From NCBI GenBank assembly GCA_017481725.1, contig JAFUOX010000043.1, positions 12,757-76,756 on the forward strand: a DNA stretch of 64,000 bases. Direction: 5' to 3'. The notes below the pieces were generated by a model. The model did not search any database, was not told the origin of the DNA, and worked only from the letters and a program-made list of their open reading frames with translations. The position numbers and the translations under genes were made by a program. Source of the DNA: Kiritimatiellia bacterium. Lineage in GTDB: Bacteria > Verrucomicrobiota > Kiritimatiellia > RFP12 > UBA3636. Of the stretch, positions 48,098-57,074 are shown piece after piece; positions within the stretch are counted from its first letter, which is position 1, and each line of letters opens with the position of its first letter.

Positions 48098-49465
48098 ATG
48101 GAGAAAACCATTGCTGCTATTTGCACAGCACCAGGTGCTGCAGGAATAAGTGTTGTTCGTGTTTCTGGTAAACAAGCTTTGGAGCTTGCTGCCCAACTTT
48201 GCCCCAAAAAAAAATTAAAAAAAATGGAAGGAGGTTCCTTTTTCTATACAACACTGCACTCACCTATAACAAATGAATTAATAGATGAAGCAATTGTTTT
48301 AGTATATCGTGCTCCACATAGCTATACAGGAGAAGATACAGTAGAACTTCAGGTTCATGGTGGTCATGTTTCTTCACAATTAATTTTGAAAGAACTTCTC
48401 TCATTAGGTGCAATTTCTGCTAGTGCTGGCGAATTTACTTGTCGAGCATTCTTAAATGGTCGCCTTGACCTTTCGCGTGCAGAAGCTGTGCTAGATATAA
48501 TTAATGCACAGAGTGAGCGTGCTGGACGCATAGCAGCCGAACAATTATGTGGTAGTCTTGGTAAGCGCATAGATGAATATCATTCACTTATTATGGATAT
48601 TTGTGCTGATGTTGAGGCTACTCTTGATTTTATGGATGATGAAACCTCTGGCTTGCTAGAACCAATTAATATACCAGAAAGACTGCAAAAATTTATTTAT
48701 TCTGTTCGCCAGCTTGCGGCTACATGGAGAAGTGGTCAGCTTTTGCGAGAGGGGGCACTACTTGTTTTATCTGGAGTACCGAATGCGGGGAAATCAACTT
48801 TGTTTAATGCTCTTCTAGGGCAACAACGTGCAATTGTTACAGATATTCCTGGAACAACCCGTGACTCTATCGAAGAGCATCTTATTATTGATGGAATTCC
48901 AATTCGACTTGCTGATACTGCAGGTCTGCGTGAAACAGATCATGCAATCGAACAGCTCGGTATTAATAGAACAAAAGAACTTGCAAAAGCTGCAGATATT
49001 TGTTTGGCAGTTATTGATGGTACTCAACCATTAGAGCCACAGTTAGCACAGCTTCAAAATCCAGATTTTGTTGTTCTAAATAAAGCTGATGCTTTTACAG
49101 AAGCTGAAGCAGAAAATTTAGTGTCCAAGCTAAAAGCAAATGGATATGCTGAGCCAGTCATAATTTCTGCTAAAACTGAGGCTGGTCTTACATTACTTCG
49201 AAAGCAAATAGCATCAAAGCTGCAGTCTCAAACTACAGGTAATGAGCTCGTTGCTGTGTCAGAACGCCATCATAAGCTTTTGGTTGCTGCAGCGGATTCT
49301 GCAGAAGAAGCACTGCTGCTTTATGAAGATGGGCTAGAGGCTGCCGCTGTGTTTTGTGCTCAAAAGCTGCGTGAAGCCGCAGAAGCTTTAGCAGCAATTA
49401 CGGGTAAAAATTATAACGAAGCACTTTTAAATAACATTTTTTCAAAGTTTTGTATAGGTAAGTAG
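48098..49465 (+). CDS. mnmE: tRNA modification GTPase MnmE
   Basis: TIAAICTAPG, the G-domain GVPNAGKSTLFN and DTAG, and a C-terminal FCIGK. An upstream ATG at 48068 is possible, but homologues start close to TIAA. Confidence 0.9.
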   Translation: MEKTIAAICTAPGAAGISVVRVSGKQALELAAQLCPKKKLKKMEGGSFFYTTLHSPITNELIDEAIVLVYRAPHSYTGEDTVELQVHGGHVSSQLILKELLSLGAISASAGEFTCRAFLNGRLDLSRAEAVLDIINAQSERAGRIAAEQLCGSLGKRIDEYHSLIMDICADVEATLDFMDDETSGLLEPINIPERLQKFIYSVRQLAATWRSGQLLREGALLVLSGVPNAGKSTLFNALLGQQRAIVTDIPGTTRDSIEEHLIIDGIPIRLADTAGLRETDHAIEQLGINRTKELAKAADICLAVIDGTQPLEPQLAQLQNPDFVVLNKADAFTEAEAENLVSKLKANGYAEPVIISAKTEAGLTLLRKQIASKLQSQTTGNELVAVSERHHKLLVAAADSAEEALLLYEDGLEAAAVFCAQKLREAAEALAAITGKNYNEALLNNIFSKFCIGK

Positions 49466-49573
49466 TTTTTTATTGTGATATTTTAATATTAGAATGGTAT
49501 TATGTAACAAGTGCTATAATTGTTAAGGTGGTTTGGCAAAAATGGTTTCATTGTCTTTGATATTTGTTTAAAT

Positions 49574-50287
49574 ATGAATTTTTTCTTAAAAAGCTTAGAA
49601 GGAAATCTCGTAAATGAGAGAAAGCTGATTGCTCCGGCAAATCAAAAGGATTTTGCCGCAGATTTGCTTTCTACATATTGCTTTGCTGACGATTATTTCC
49701 CTGTTGGGAAAATTAGAAGCATATACTTTGATTCATATGATCTTTCCTCCTACGATGAAAAAAGGAATGGCGACAATTTAAAGGTTAAGCTTCGTTTGAG
49801 ATGGTATGGAGAAGCAACAAATTCTGATGGAACAACACGTGCCTTTCTCGAGGCAAAGCATAGATTAGGCAGTGCACGCCGTAAGCTTAGACAGGAGTAT
49901 CTTCTTCCAGTTGATTGGTTGGAAAAGACACCTTTGGAGGACGCATCATTCTCAGATTTTATCCAAAAGGAAGTACACAACCTTGATTTATTAGAAGCTT
50001 TCTATTGGACCCCAACAGTTATTATCGCTTATGACAGAATGCGTTTCTTCTGCCCTCATTCAAAAAGTAGGGTTGCACTTGACTACAATATCTGCTGTCC
50101 AAAAATCAATAGGGTTCGCTTTGCCTATGCACCTGAACGAATAGATTTGGATACAGTGGTTTGTGAATTTAAAAATCCTGGTGGCACTCCACCATCGTGG
50201 CTTGAAACACTAACAATCGCAGGCTTTAGAGTCAAAAGTTTTTCAAAATATGGATCCATAATGGATTCTATCTTACAAAGGATATAA
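49574..50287 (+). CDS. VTC-domain (triphosphate-tunnel, polyphosphate-polymerase-like) protein
   Basis: NERK near the N-terminus, IRSIYFDS, KVKLRLRWYG and FLEAKHRLGSARRKLR are the basic-residue beta-strand pattern of VTC/CYTH tunnels. The ATG at 49574 is preferred over the TTG at 49520. Confidence 0.7.
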   Translation: MNFFLKSLEGNLVNERKLIAPANQKDFAADLLSTYCFADDYFPVGKIRSIYFDSYDLSSYDEKRNGDNLKVKLRLRWYGEATNSDGTTRAFLEAKHRLGSARRKLRQEYLLPVDWLEKTPLEDASFSDFIQKEVHNLDLLEAFYWTPTVIIAYDRMRFFCPHSKSRVALDYNICCPKINRVRFAYAPERIDLDTVVCEFKNPGGTPPSWLETLTIAGFRVKSFSKYGSIMDSILQRI

Positions 50288-50289
50288 CC

Positions 50290-50985
50290 ATGAATAAAGA
50301 ACTAATAGAGGCATTAGATTCATTTCAAGTAGTTAGAGAACAATTAGATGTAGGTCTATTTGTTTCGGCACTTTTTGCGTCATTGTTGGCGGCAATTTTT
50401 GCAAGCCTTTTATATCGCTTTTTCTATGAGCGCCGCGGAACAGGTAGTCAAGTTCATAGAGCTTTCCCGCTTCTTGCAATTTCAATTACTACGTTATTCA
50501 TTGGAGTACAGATTTCAATACCACTTTCTTTAGGCTTACTTGGTGCGCTGTCAATCATCCGTTTCCGTACGCCAATTAAAGAGCCAGAGGAGGTTGGATT
50601 TATTATGCTTGTTATTGCTTCCTCAATTGCGGCTGCAACCTTTAATTTTGCATTCCTATTCTTGCTTAATGTGTTTGCAATAATTACACTTATTTGTATG
50701 CGTGGTACAACCTCAATAAAATGGCTCAAGCGAGATGGTATGATGGTTATAATTTTTGAAACACCTGAAGCAACTGAAAAATATAAGCTTGTTGAAGAGG
50801 TTATTAAAGAAAACTTTGGTCGTTATCAGCTTGAATCAACAGCTATTAGAAATGGTCAAACCTCTTATCAATATGTATTCTCCAATCTGAAATGCTCTGT
50901 TGATGAGCTTCAGAATAAGCTTATGAAGAAAGCTAAATTCATAGCAATCAATGTTTATTTGGATAAACCTGGTGGAATTAGATAA
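50290..50985 (+). CDS. DUF4956-family membrane protein
   Basis: About 4 TM segments with the hallmark GALSIIRFRTPIKEPEEVGFI, then a soluble C-terminal domain. It starts 2 nt after the VTC stop. Confidence 0.65.
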   Translation: MNKELIEALDSFQVVREQLDVGLFVSALFASLLAAIFASLLYRFFYERRGTGSQVHRAFPLLAISITTLFIGVQISIPLSLGLLGALSIIRFRTPIKEPEEVGFIMLVIASSIAAATFNFAFLFLLNVFAIITLICMRGTTSIKWLKRDGMMVIIFETPEATEKYKLVEEVIKENFGRYQLESTAIRNGQTSYQYVFSNLKCSVDELQNKLMKKAKFIAINVYLDKPGGIR

Positions 50986-53795
50986 TGCGCACTATGCGAA
51001 AAAAAAGACTCATTCAAGCTGCAATAATTTTATTGTTGGGTGTAGCAGTTTATTTCTGTGTTAGACCATGTTTGGAAAGTCTATATCGGTCCAATAATGT
51101 TTGCCGTAGAACTATAAGTTCGACCGCAGTTAATAATTATGGATTGAAATTCTATAGCTCACTTGACTATCCCATATTATTTGATGAAACAACAGGAGGT
51201 CGGTTTGAGTCGCACTTTCTCAAATATAAAAAAGGGAAATTCGGCGGCGCAAGAAAATTTGAAAAGGGCTATAAAGGAAAAATAATATTAAATCACTCAT
51301 GGAATAATATTATGTCTGAAAACCAGACTCTCTCTTTTTTCTTTAAGCCAGATAAGAATGAAATTCCTCAAACAATTTTATCTATCCCATCATTGTCGGG
51401 AGCAGATAATGTTCTTGCGATTGAAAATGATATTATTTCTTTAAAATTTTATACAGCAGCTGGGTGTAAGGTTGCATCAGGCTCTCTTCTAAAGAAAAAT
51501 AAATGGAATCATGTTGCATTAAGAGTGCATGATAAAGTAGTGGGTTTCTACTTAAATGGTATATTGGTAGGAGAAATACCATTGGATGATGAAACTATAT
51601 CTGTTCGATCATGGATTGTTTTTGGTGGAAAAGAAGAGTTGCCATATTTAGGCTCGCTAGATGAAATTGCTATATTTTCTGAAGTGGCATCAGAAGATTT
51701 CATAAAAAAACTTGGAAAAAATTTATCAATTAGCCCTTTATCAAAAAATACTTATCACAAAACATATGTTACACGTATAGCATCAAACTTATACTCTTTA
51801 CTTAGTTCAGGAGCTAGAGTAGTTAGTATATTATATCCCTCTAAGAGTTTTTGTGCGCTAAACTCTCACGATCTACCGATAGTTTCATTTAATTTTTCAA
51901 AATCTGATGATAAGCACTTTAAAATTGCTCATGAGGACTCTATTCTTACAGGTAAAAGAATTTCGCCAGCCGCCAATATGCGTAAGATAACTATGGCAAT
52001 CAATCACGATGTGGTTCAATGCTATGCATATCTTGATGACATATATGGTGATTTATATATCAAACCCAAACGCCCTGGCTACGTAGTTATTGTGCCGGAG
52101 AATATTGACTCAGAAATAATAGTGCCAAAACGTATGTTTACGCTTACACCTCCTGAATTATATGCGGTTAAACACCCAGATGCAGATTATTTTTTACCTT
52201 CAAATTACTCGAGTTTAGTTAGATTCTATACAAATAATGAGTTAAAGGGCATATATTATTTAGAGGAATGGCAAAGTAATGGTAGAGGCTGGATGGTGTC
52301 GAGTGATGATTGCAACATTCCGAGAATGCTTTCTGCCTCGCATTCTGGAGAGCCTACTTTTGGGATAAATCCAGAGCTAGCAGAACATACTATTCTTTCA
52401 GATATTTATTTCCCATGGAGTAAAATTGAAGTTGATGTCCGTTCAAAGCAGCATGAAAAAAATCGTAAGGAAAAGAATTATGCTGGTGGAGGGCTACATG
52501 AGTTTGATTTTCTTGCAGACAATATTTCTCCATTTATGCTTAGAAGTTCATTGATAATTCCAGAGGGAATAAAAGTGGTTGCTTCCTCTAATCCTGAGCT
52601 AATAGATTTGCAAGGCAATGTATTTGCAGATAAAGTTAATGAGCCATCCTATGTAAATATAATTGTTGAAAAAGAGTCTACACATGAAGAAAAGGAGCTC
52701 AAGTTTAGAGTTGTTCCTGAGAGCCCAGATTTGCCAACATTGTCGCTTTGGATTGATAGACCTCTTCAAAAAACAACAAAGCAGGATTTCCTATGTTCAA
52801 TACAAATGCCTAATCAAACAAATTCAATTTTGAATTTTGGTTTGGCTGGCAAGCGTTCTGGAATAATGCATAGGGGAAATACTTCATATGTAAGAGGTAG
52901 GAAGCGCTCACTTGGCTTGGAGTTTGAGTTTTCTCATAATATTATAGGAGACGATGAGTCAAGACATTTGGTTCTTGTTTCAGGCTACGCAGACAAGACG
53001 CGCCTAAGGAATGCGTTTACATTTGAGATGTTCAAGAAAATGAACCCAGATGTAAATTATGCACCTAACCTAACTTTTGTAGAGGCTTGTGTAAATGGAG
53101 AATATGCAGGAATATATGAAGCAATAAATCGAATTGACGATTTGAATCTTCCATCAAATATTGTTTCTGCATTGAGAGTTAGAAGATACTCAAATCTCTT
53201 CGGTACAGAAAACTTCAATATGTTTGAAGAAATTGTTCCACGCAACAATTTTGGAGTCGGTGTTTCAAATTATTTAAACACGGTAAGCTTTTTGAAGACT
53301 TCGACACTTGAAGACTTTAGGTCTCATTTACATGAAAAGATAGTAATGGAAAATATTGTAGATTACTATTTAATGTTTAATTTTACTCAAAACATTGACA
53401 TAGTAAATGTAAATCAAGTATTGTGCTATGATGATAAAGGTAGATTGTCTATAGTCCCATGGGATTGTGATAAGAGCTTTAATAATCGAAAACGCTTCAC
53501 TATGTTAGGAAATCGTTTGTACAACAAATGCTTGAAAGATAGTCCAGAATTTAAAGCAATGGTAAAGGAACGTTGGCAGCAGCACAAGACTACAATCTTT
53601 TCAGATGAAGCAATCGATGGGTGGATAGCAGATAAGACAAGCCAAATATCAAAATATATGGACTATGAGTTAAAATATATTTCTACGCCATTAGATGGAG
53701 AAGAAGATCTTTCTTATGAGGAGAGTGTGGAGGATTTCCGTAAAACAATATATTTTATGCGTGAAAAGCTTGATGAATATGTCAAAAACTTGTAA
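50985..53795 (+). CDS. signal-anchored LamG-like + CotH-family atypical kinase protein
   Basis: The ATG overlaps the upstream TAA (ATAATG). The LamG-like region is WNHVALRVHDKVVGFYLNGILVG...GSLDEIAIFS. CotH motifs are HRGNTSY..RKRSLGLEF, FVEACVNGEYAGIYEAINRID and IVPWDCDKSF. Confidence 0.8.
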   Translation: MRTMRKKRLIQAAIILLLGVAVYFCVRPCLESLYRSNNVCRRTISSTAVNNYGLKFYSSLDYPILFDETTGGRFESHFLKYKKGKFGGARKFEKGYKGKIILNHSWNNIMSENQTLSFFFKPDKNEIPQTILSIPSLSGADNVLAIENDIISLKFYTAAGCKVASGSLLKKNKWNHVALRVHDKVVGFYLNGILVGEIPLDDETISVRSWIVFGGKEELPYLGSLDEIAIFSEVASEDFIKKLGKNLSISPLSKNTYHKTYVTRIASNLYSLLSSGARVVSILYPSKSFCALNSHDLPIVSFNFSKSDDKHFKIAHEDSILTGKRISPAANMRKITMAINHDVVQCYAYLDDIYGDLYIKPKRPGYVVIVPENIDSEIIVPKRMFTLTPPELYAVKHPDADYFLPSNYSSLVRFYTNNELKGIYYLEEWQSNGRGWMVSSDDCNIPRMLSASHSGEPTFGINPELAEHTILSDIYFPWSKIEVDVRSKQHEKNRKEKNYAGGGLHEFDFLADNISPFMLRSSLIIPEGIKVVASSNPELIDLQGNVFADKVNEPSYVNIIVEKESTHEEKELKFRVVPESPDLPTLSLWIDRPLQKTTKQDFLCSIQMPNQTNSILNFGLAGKRSGIMHRGNTSYVRGRKRSLGLEFEFSHNIIGDDESRHLVLVSGYADKTRLRNAFTFEMFKKMNPDVNYAPNLTFVEACVNGEYAGIYEAINRIDDLNLPSNIVSALRVRRYSNLFGTENFNMFEEIVPRNNFGVGVSNYLNTVSFLKTSTLEDFRSHLHEKIVMENIVDYYLMFNFTQNIDIVNVNQVLCYDDKGRLSIVPWDCDKSFNNRKRFTMLGNRLYNKCLKDSPEFKAMVKERWQQHKTTIFSDEAIDGWIADKTSQISKYMDYELKYISTPLDGEEDLSYEESVEDFRKTIYFMREKLDEYVKNL

Positions 53796-53847
53796 TTTGT
53801 TCAAACACAGATTCTCTTTTACATATATTTAGAATAAGAAAAAAATC

Positions 53848-53876
53848 TTGACTTTAAAGGGGCATAAAATTACACT
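53848..53876 (+). promoter_or_regulatory. promoter candidate for glnA (TTGACT-17 nt-TACACT)
   Basis: Hexamers and spacing read directly from the sequence. Confidence 0.35.
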
Positions 53877-53914
53877 ATTTCGCATATTTAATTCACATCT
53901 ATAAGGATAGTATT

Positions 53915-55414
53915 ATGGAAAATAAAACTTTTAGCATTCGTAGCCTAACAGCAGAGATAGGTAAAAACCCTAAAGATTTTACAAAGAGCGATATTGTTCG
54001 CTTTATTTGCGAAAACGATATTCACCACATCAACTTCCAGTATCCAGCAGGTGATGGTCGTTTGAAGACACTTAATTTTGTAATCAATAACCAGGATTAC
54101 CTAGAAGAGATACTATCCTGCGGTGAGCGCGTAGATGGTTCAAGCCTTTTCCCATTCATTGAAGCAAACAATAGCGACCTATATGTAGTTCCTCGCTTTA
54201 GAACAGCTTATATGGATCCATTCTGTGAGCTCCCAACAGTTAATTTCCTATGCTCATTCTTTAATAAGGATGGCGACCCTCTAGAGAGCTCTCCAGAATA
54301 TACTCTTCATAAGGCATGTGAAGCATTCCGTAAGTCAACCGGCCGTGAGTTTCAGGCAATGGGTGAGCTTGAGTACTATGTTATTGCTGAGGATGAGGCT
54401 GTTTATCAGGCAGTTGACCAGAAGGGCTATCATGAGTCTTCTCCTTATGCAAAATTTGGTGAGTTCCGTCAGCTTTGCATGAACTACATTGCTCAGGCTG
54501 GTGGTATGATTAAGTATGGTCACTCTGAGGTGGGTAATTTCACTCTAGATGGCAAAATCTATGAGCAGAATGAAATTGAGTTCCTTCCTACAAATGCAGA
54601 GGAAGCTGCAGAGCAGCTAACTATTGCAAAGTGGATTATCCGCAATCTTGCATATCAGAATGGTTTGAATGTAACATTTGCTCCAAAAATTACAGTTGGT
54701 AAGGCTGGCTCTGGCTTGCATGTTCACTTCCGTGTAATGAAGGACGGAAAGAACCAGATGCTAAAGGATGGTGTGCTTTCTGATGATGCAAAGCGTGCAA
54801 TCGCAGGCTTGATGAAGCTAGCTCCATCTATCACAGCATTCGGCAATTTGAATCCAACCTCATACTTCCGCCTAGTTCCTCATCAGGAGGCTCCAACAAA
54901 CGTTTGCTGGGGTGATCGCAATCGCTCAGTGCTTGTTCGCGTTCCTCTTGGTTGGACAAGCAAGAAAGATCTCTGCAGTCAGGCAAATCCTGGTGAGCCT
55001 TCTGCTAAGTATGATACAACTCAGAAGCAGACAGTTGAGATGCGCTCACCAGATGGTTCCGCAAATGTATATCTACTAATTGCTGGCTTGGCAGTTGCTT
55101 GCCGTCACGGCTTTGAAAGCGCAGATGCACTTGAGGTTGCAGAGAAAACTTATGTTAATGTTAATATTCATAAGGATGAAAATAAAGCAATCCTTGATCG
55201 CTTGAGCGTTCTACCAGATAGCTGCGCAGCATCTGCAGATTGCCTAGCAGAGCAGCGTGCAATCTATGAGGCAGAGGGCGTATTTGCTCCTGCAATGATT
55301 GATGGAATTATCGCTGGCTTGAAGGCATTCAATGATAGAACCTTGCGTGCTGACATCGGTAATGACCAAGCAAAGATTCTTGCCCTAGTGGAAGAATATT
55401 TCCACTGCGGTTAA
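53915..55414 (+). CDS. glnA: glutamine synthetase (about 500-aa GS-I-like subgroup)
   Basis: GELEYYV, KYGHSEVG, NEIEF, KAGSGLHVHF and NRSVLVRVP motifs of the GS catalytic domain. Confidence 0.85.
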   Translation: MENKTFSIRSLTAEIGKNPKDFTKSDIVRFICENDIHHINFQYPAGDGRLKTLNFVINNQDYLEEILSCGERVDGSSLFPFIEANNSDLYVVPRFRTAYMDPFCELPTVNFLCSFFNKDGDPLESSPEYTLHKACEAFRKSTGREFQAMGELEYYVIAEDEAVYQAVDQKGYHESSPYAKFGEFRQLCMNYIAQAGGMIKYGHSEVGNFTLDGKIYEQNEIEFLPTNAEEAAEQLTIAKWIIRNLAYQNGLNVTFAPKITVGKAGSGLHVHFRVMKDGKNQMLKDGVLSDDAKRAIAGLMKLAPSITAFGNLNPTSYFRLVPHQEAPTNVCWGDRNRSVLVRVPLGWTSKKDLCSQANPGEPSAKYDTTQKQTVEMRSPDGSANVYLLIAGLAVACRHGFESADALEVAEKTYVNVNIHKDENKAILDRLSVLPDSCAASADCLAEQRAIYEAEGVFAPAMIDGIIAGLKAFNDRTLRADIGNDQAKILALVEEYFHCG

Positions 55415-55432
55415 TCTAATTAAAAAAAAATT

Positions 55433-55491
55433 AAAAAAGGCTGTTGCTAACCAACTAGGGATAAGCAACAGCCTTTTTTTTGTTATGGCTT
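55433..55491. terminator. bidirectional intrinsic terminator, copy 1 of a 58/59-bp direct repeat
   Basis: A6-GGCTGTTGCT-15 nt-AGCAACAGCC-T8, then GTTATGGCTT. It lies between the glnA stop and the stop of the - strand ATPase. Confidence 0.85.
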
Positions 55492-55505
55492 GATTAGATT
55501 TTTTG

Positions 55506-56846
55506 TTATGTATGCTTTTGTTCCAAAGCTAATCCAATTAGCCGATTTGCTTGACCAACCATGAATAGAGGTATGTTTAGAACATCATCATTAATCTTTA
55601 GATTGTCAAGTGATACGCGTATACGGAGTTTAATCATGTCAGAAAATAGTTCCTTAAATTTTTTTAGGCTCTTACTTGTCGTATTGGTGTCTGATTTAAC
55701 CTCTACAGGGAAAATATCATTCTCGCGTTGAATTAGGAAATCAACTTCAAATGGGGGATTGTTCTGAGACCAATACCGAGGAATGACTTCAAATTGAGTT
55801 GCCAAGGACTGTAGCACAAAGTTTTCTGTCAATGCACCCTTGAATTCTGTGAATAGTCTATTGCCTTCTCCAAATGCAGTAGGTGCAAGTCGCGATAATC
55901 TGCGTAATAACCCCACGTCAACTAGGTATATCTTAAAAGCGGACAAGTCGTCATAAGCAGATAGTGGTAAACGTGGAGCACTGCAACGATAAATTTTGTG
56001 AACCAACTTTGCATCTACCAACCATTGTAGTGCGTTCTCATATTCTCTTGCTCTTGCTCCTTCTTTGACAACATTATAAATGAACTTTTTATTTTCCCTT
56101 GCTAATTGAGACGGAACGGATTTCCATATCATTGATAATTTTGGAAATTCGCTAATGCTCGGATGCTTTGCAAAATCACGTTCATATGCATCAATAATAT
56201 TAGATTGTACCTCCTGCATCGCGGCAACATCATGTGCTTCAGTCCACATAAGAACTGGTTCGGGCATCCCGCCCGTAATATAGTACATTTTAAGCTTTTC
56301 GCATAAAGGGTTAAAAAATGCATCTGGAATTGGTTCAAGATGTTCCCATTTGTTTAAAAAATCCAAAAGATTGTCATCTCCATTAGCCAAAAGGAATTCT
56401 TCAAAGCTCATTGGATCAATTTGCATAAAATTAACTTTGCCAACAGGGAAAGAAGATGGTTTTGAAAGAGCAATACCGAGAAGAGAACCTGCACAAGCAA
56501 TATGATACTCTGGTGCATTTTCACAAAAATATTTCATTGAGTTTATTACATTAGGACAATCTTGTATCTCATCAAAAATAATAAGAGTTTTCTCGGGTAA
56601 AATTTTTGTCCCACTAACTAGCATCAAATTTTGTAGAATTCGGTTAACGTCTTTGGTTGTATTGAAAAATTGTTTATATTCTTCATTTTCATCAAAGTTA
56701 AAATATGCGATGTTTTCATAGTGCCGCTTGCCAAATTCCTTTAGAATCCAGGTTTTACCTACTTGACGCACTCCTTTTAATATTAGTGGCTTGCGGTATT
56801 GAGAATTTTTCCAGTCTACCAGTTTTTTAAAAATAAAGCGTTCCAT
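55506..56846 (-). CDS. AAA-type ATPase with a DUF4143-like C-terminal domain (second, divergent paralogue)
   Basis: Walker A GVRQVGKTW and Walker B IIFDEIQ. C-terminal EVDFLI...PVEVKS resembles a PD-(D/E)xK-like core. Confidence 0.8.
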   Translation of the reverse strand: MERFIFKKLVDWKNSQYRKPLILKGVRQVGKTWILKEFGKRHYENIAYFNFDENEEYKQFFNTTKDVNRILQNLMLVSGTKILPEKTLIIFDEIQDCPNVINSMKYFCENAPEYHIACAGSLLGIALSKPSSFPVGKVNFMQIDPMSFEEFLLANGDDNLLDFLNKWEHLEPIPDAFFNPLCEKLKMYYITGGMPEPVLMWTEAHDVAAMQEVQSNIIDAYERDFAKHPSISEFPKLSMIWKSVPSQLARENKKFIYNVVKEGARAREYENALQWLVDAKLVHKIYRCSAPRLPLSAYDDLSAFKIYLVDVGLLRRLSRLAPTAFGEGNRLFTEFKGALTENFVLQSLATQFEVIPRYWSQNNPPFEVDFLIQRENDIFPVEVKSDTNTTSKSLKKFKELFSDMIKLRIRVSLDNLKINDDVLNIPLFMVGQANRLIGLALEQKHT

Positions 56847-57016
56847 AGTGCCTATCCCTTCTCTTTTTCTTACGGTGCAAAGCTTGTGTTAAATTTATTG
56901 TTATGATACATATATTTCTTGAAAAAATCAATGCTTATCACATAATTATATGGAATTTGTGGTGTAATTATCACACTTTTATATAAAAACTTGTGATTTA
57001 ACCGAGGAATTGCTAC

Positions 57017-57074
57017 AAAAAAGGCTGTTGCGAACCAACTAGGGATAAGCAACAGCCTTTTTTTGTTATGGCTT
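57017..57074. terminator. bidirectional intrinsic terminator, copy 2 of the direct repeat; contains the GH9 stop codon
   Basis: Identical to copy 1 except for one substitution (T to G at the stem top) and one fewer T in the T-run. Confidence 0.85.

Noticed and set aside
56920-56960. Possible dif/XerCD site near the strand-switch point (CACATAATTATATGGAAT)
   Set aside because: It does not match the ATAAT-N6-TTATG core arrangement of known dif sites.
56970-56997. ATCACA...TGTGAT arms around TTTTATATAAAA, which look like a CRP/FNR-type site
   Set aside because: The spacing and orientation (TCACA-N16-TGTGA) do not fit the TGTGA-N6-TCACA consensus, and the inner and outer symmetry axes are offset by 2 nt.
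56870-57052. 60-aa ORF on the - strand between the ATPase and repeat copy 2
   Set aside because: It overlaps the terminator repeat and the probable ATPase promoter. Its composition is hydrophobic and low-complexity, and it has no RBS.
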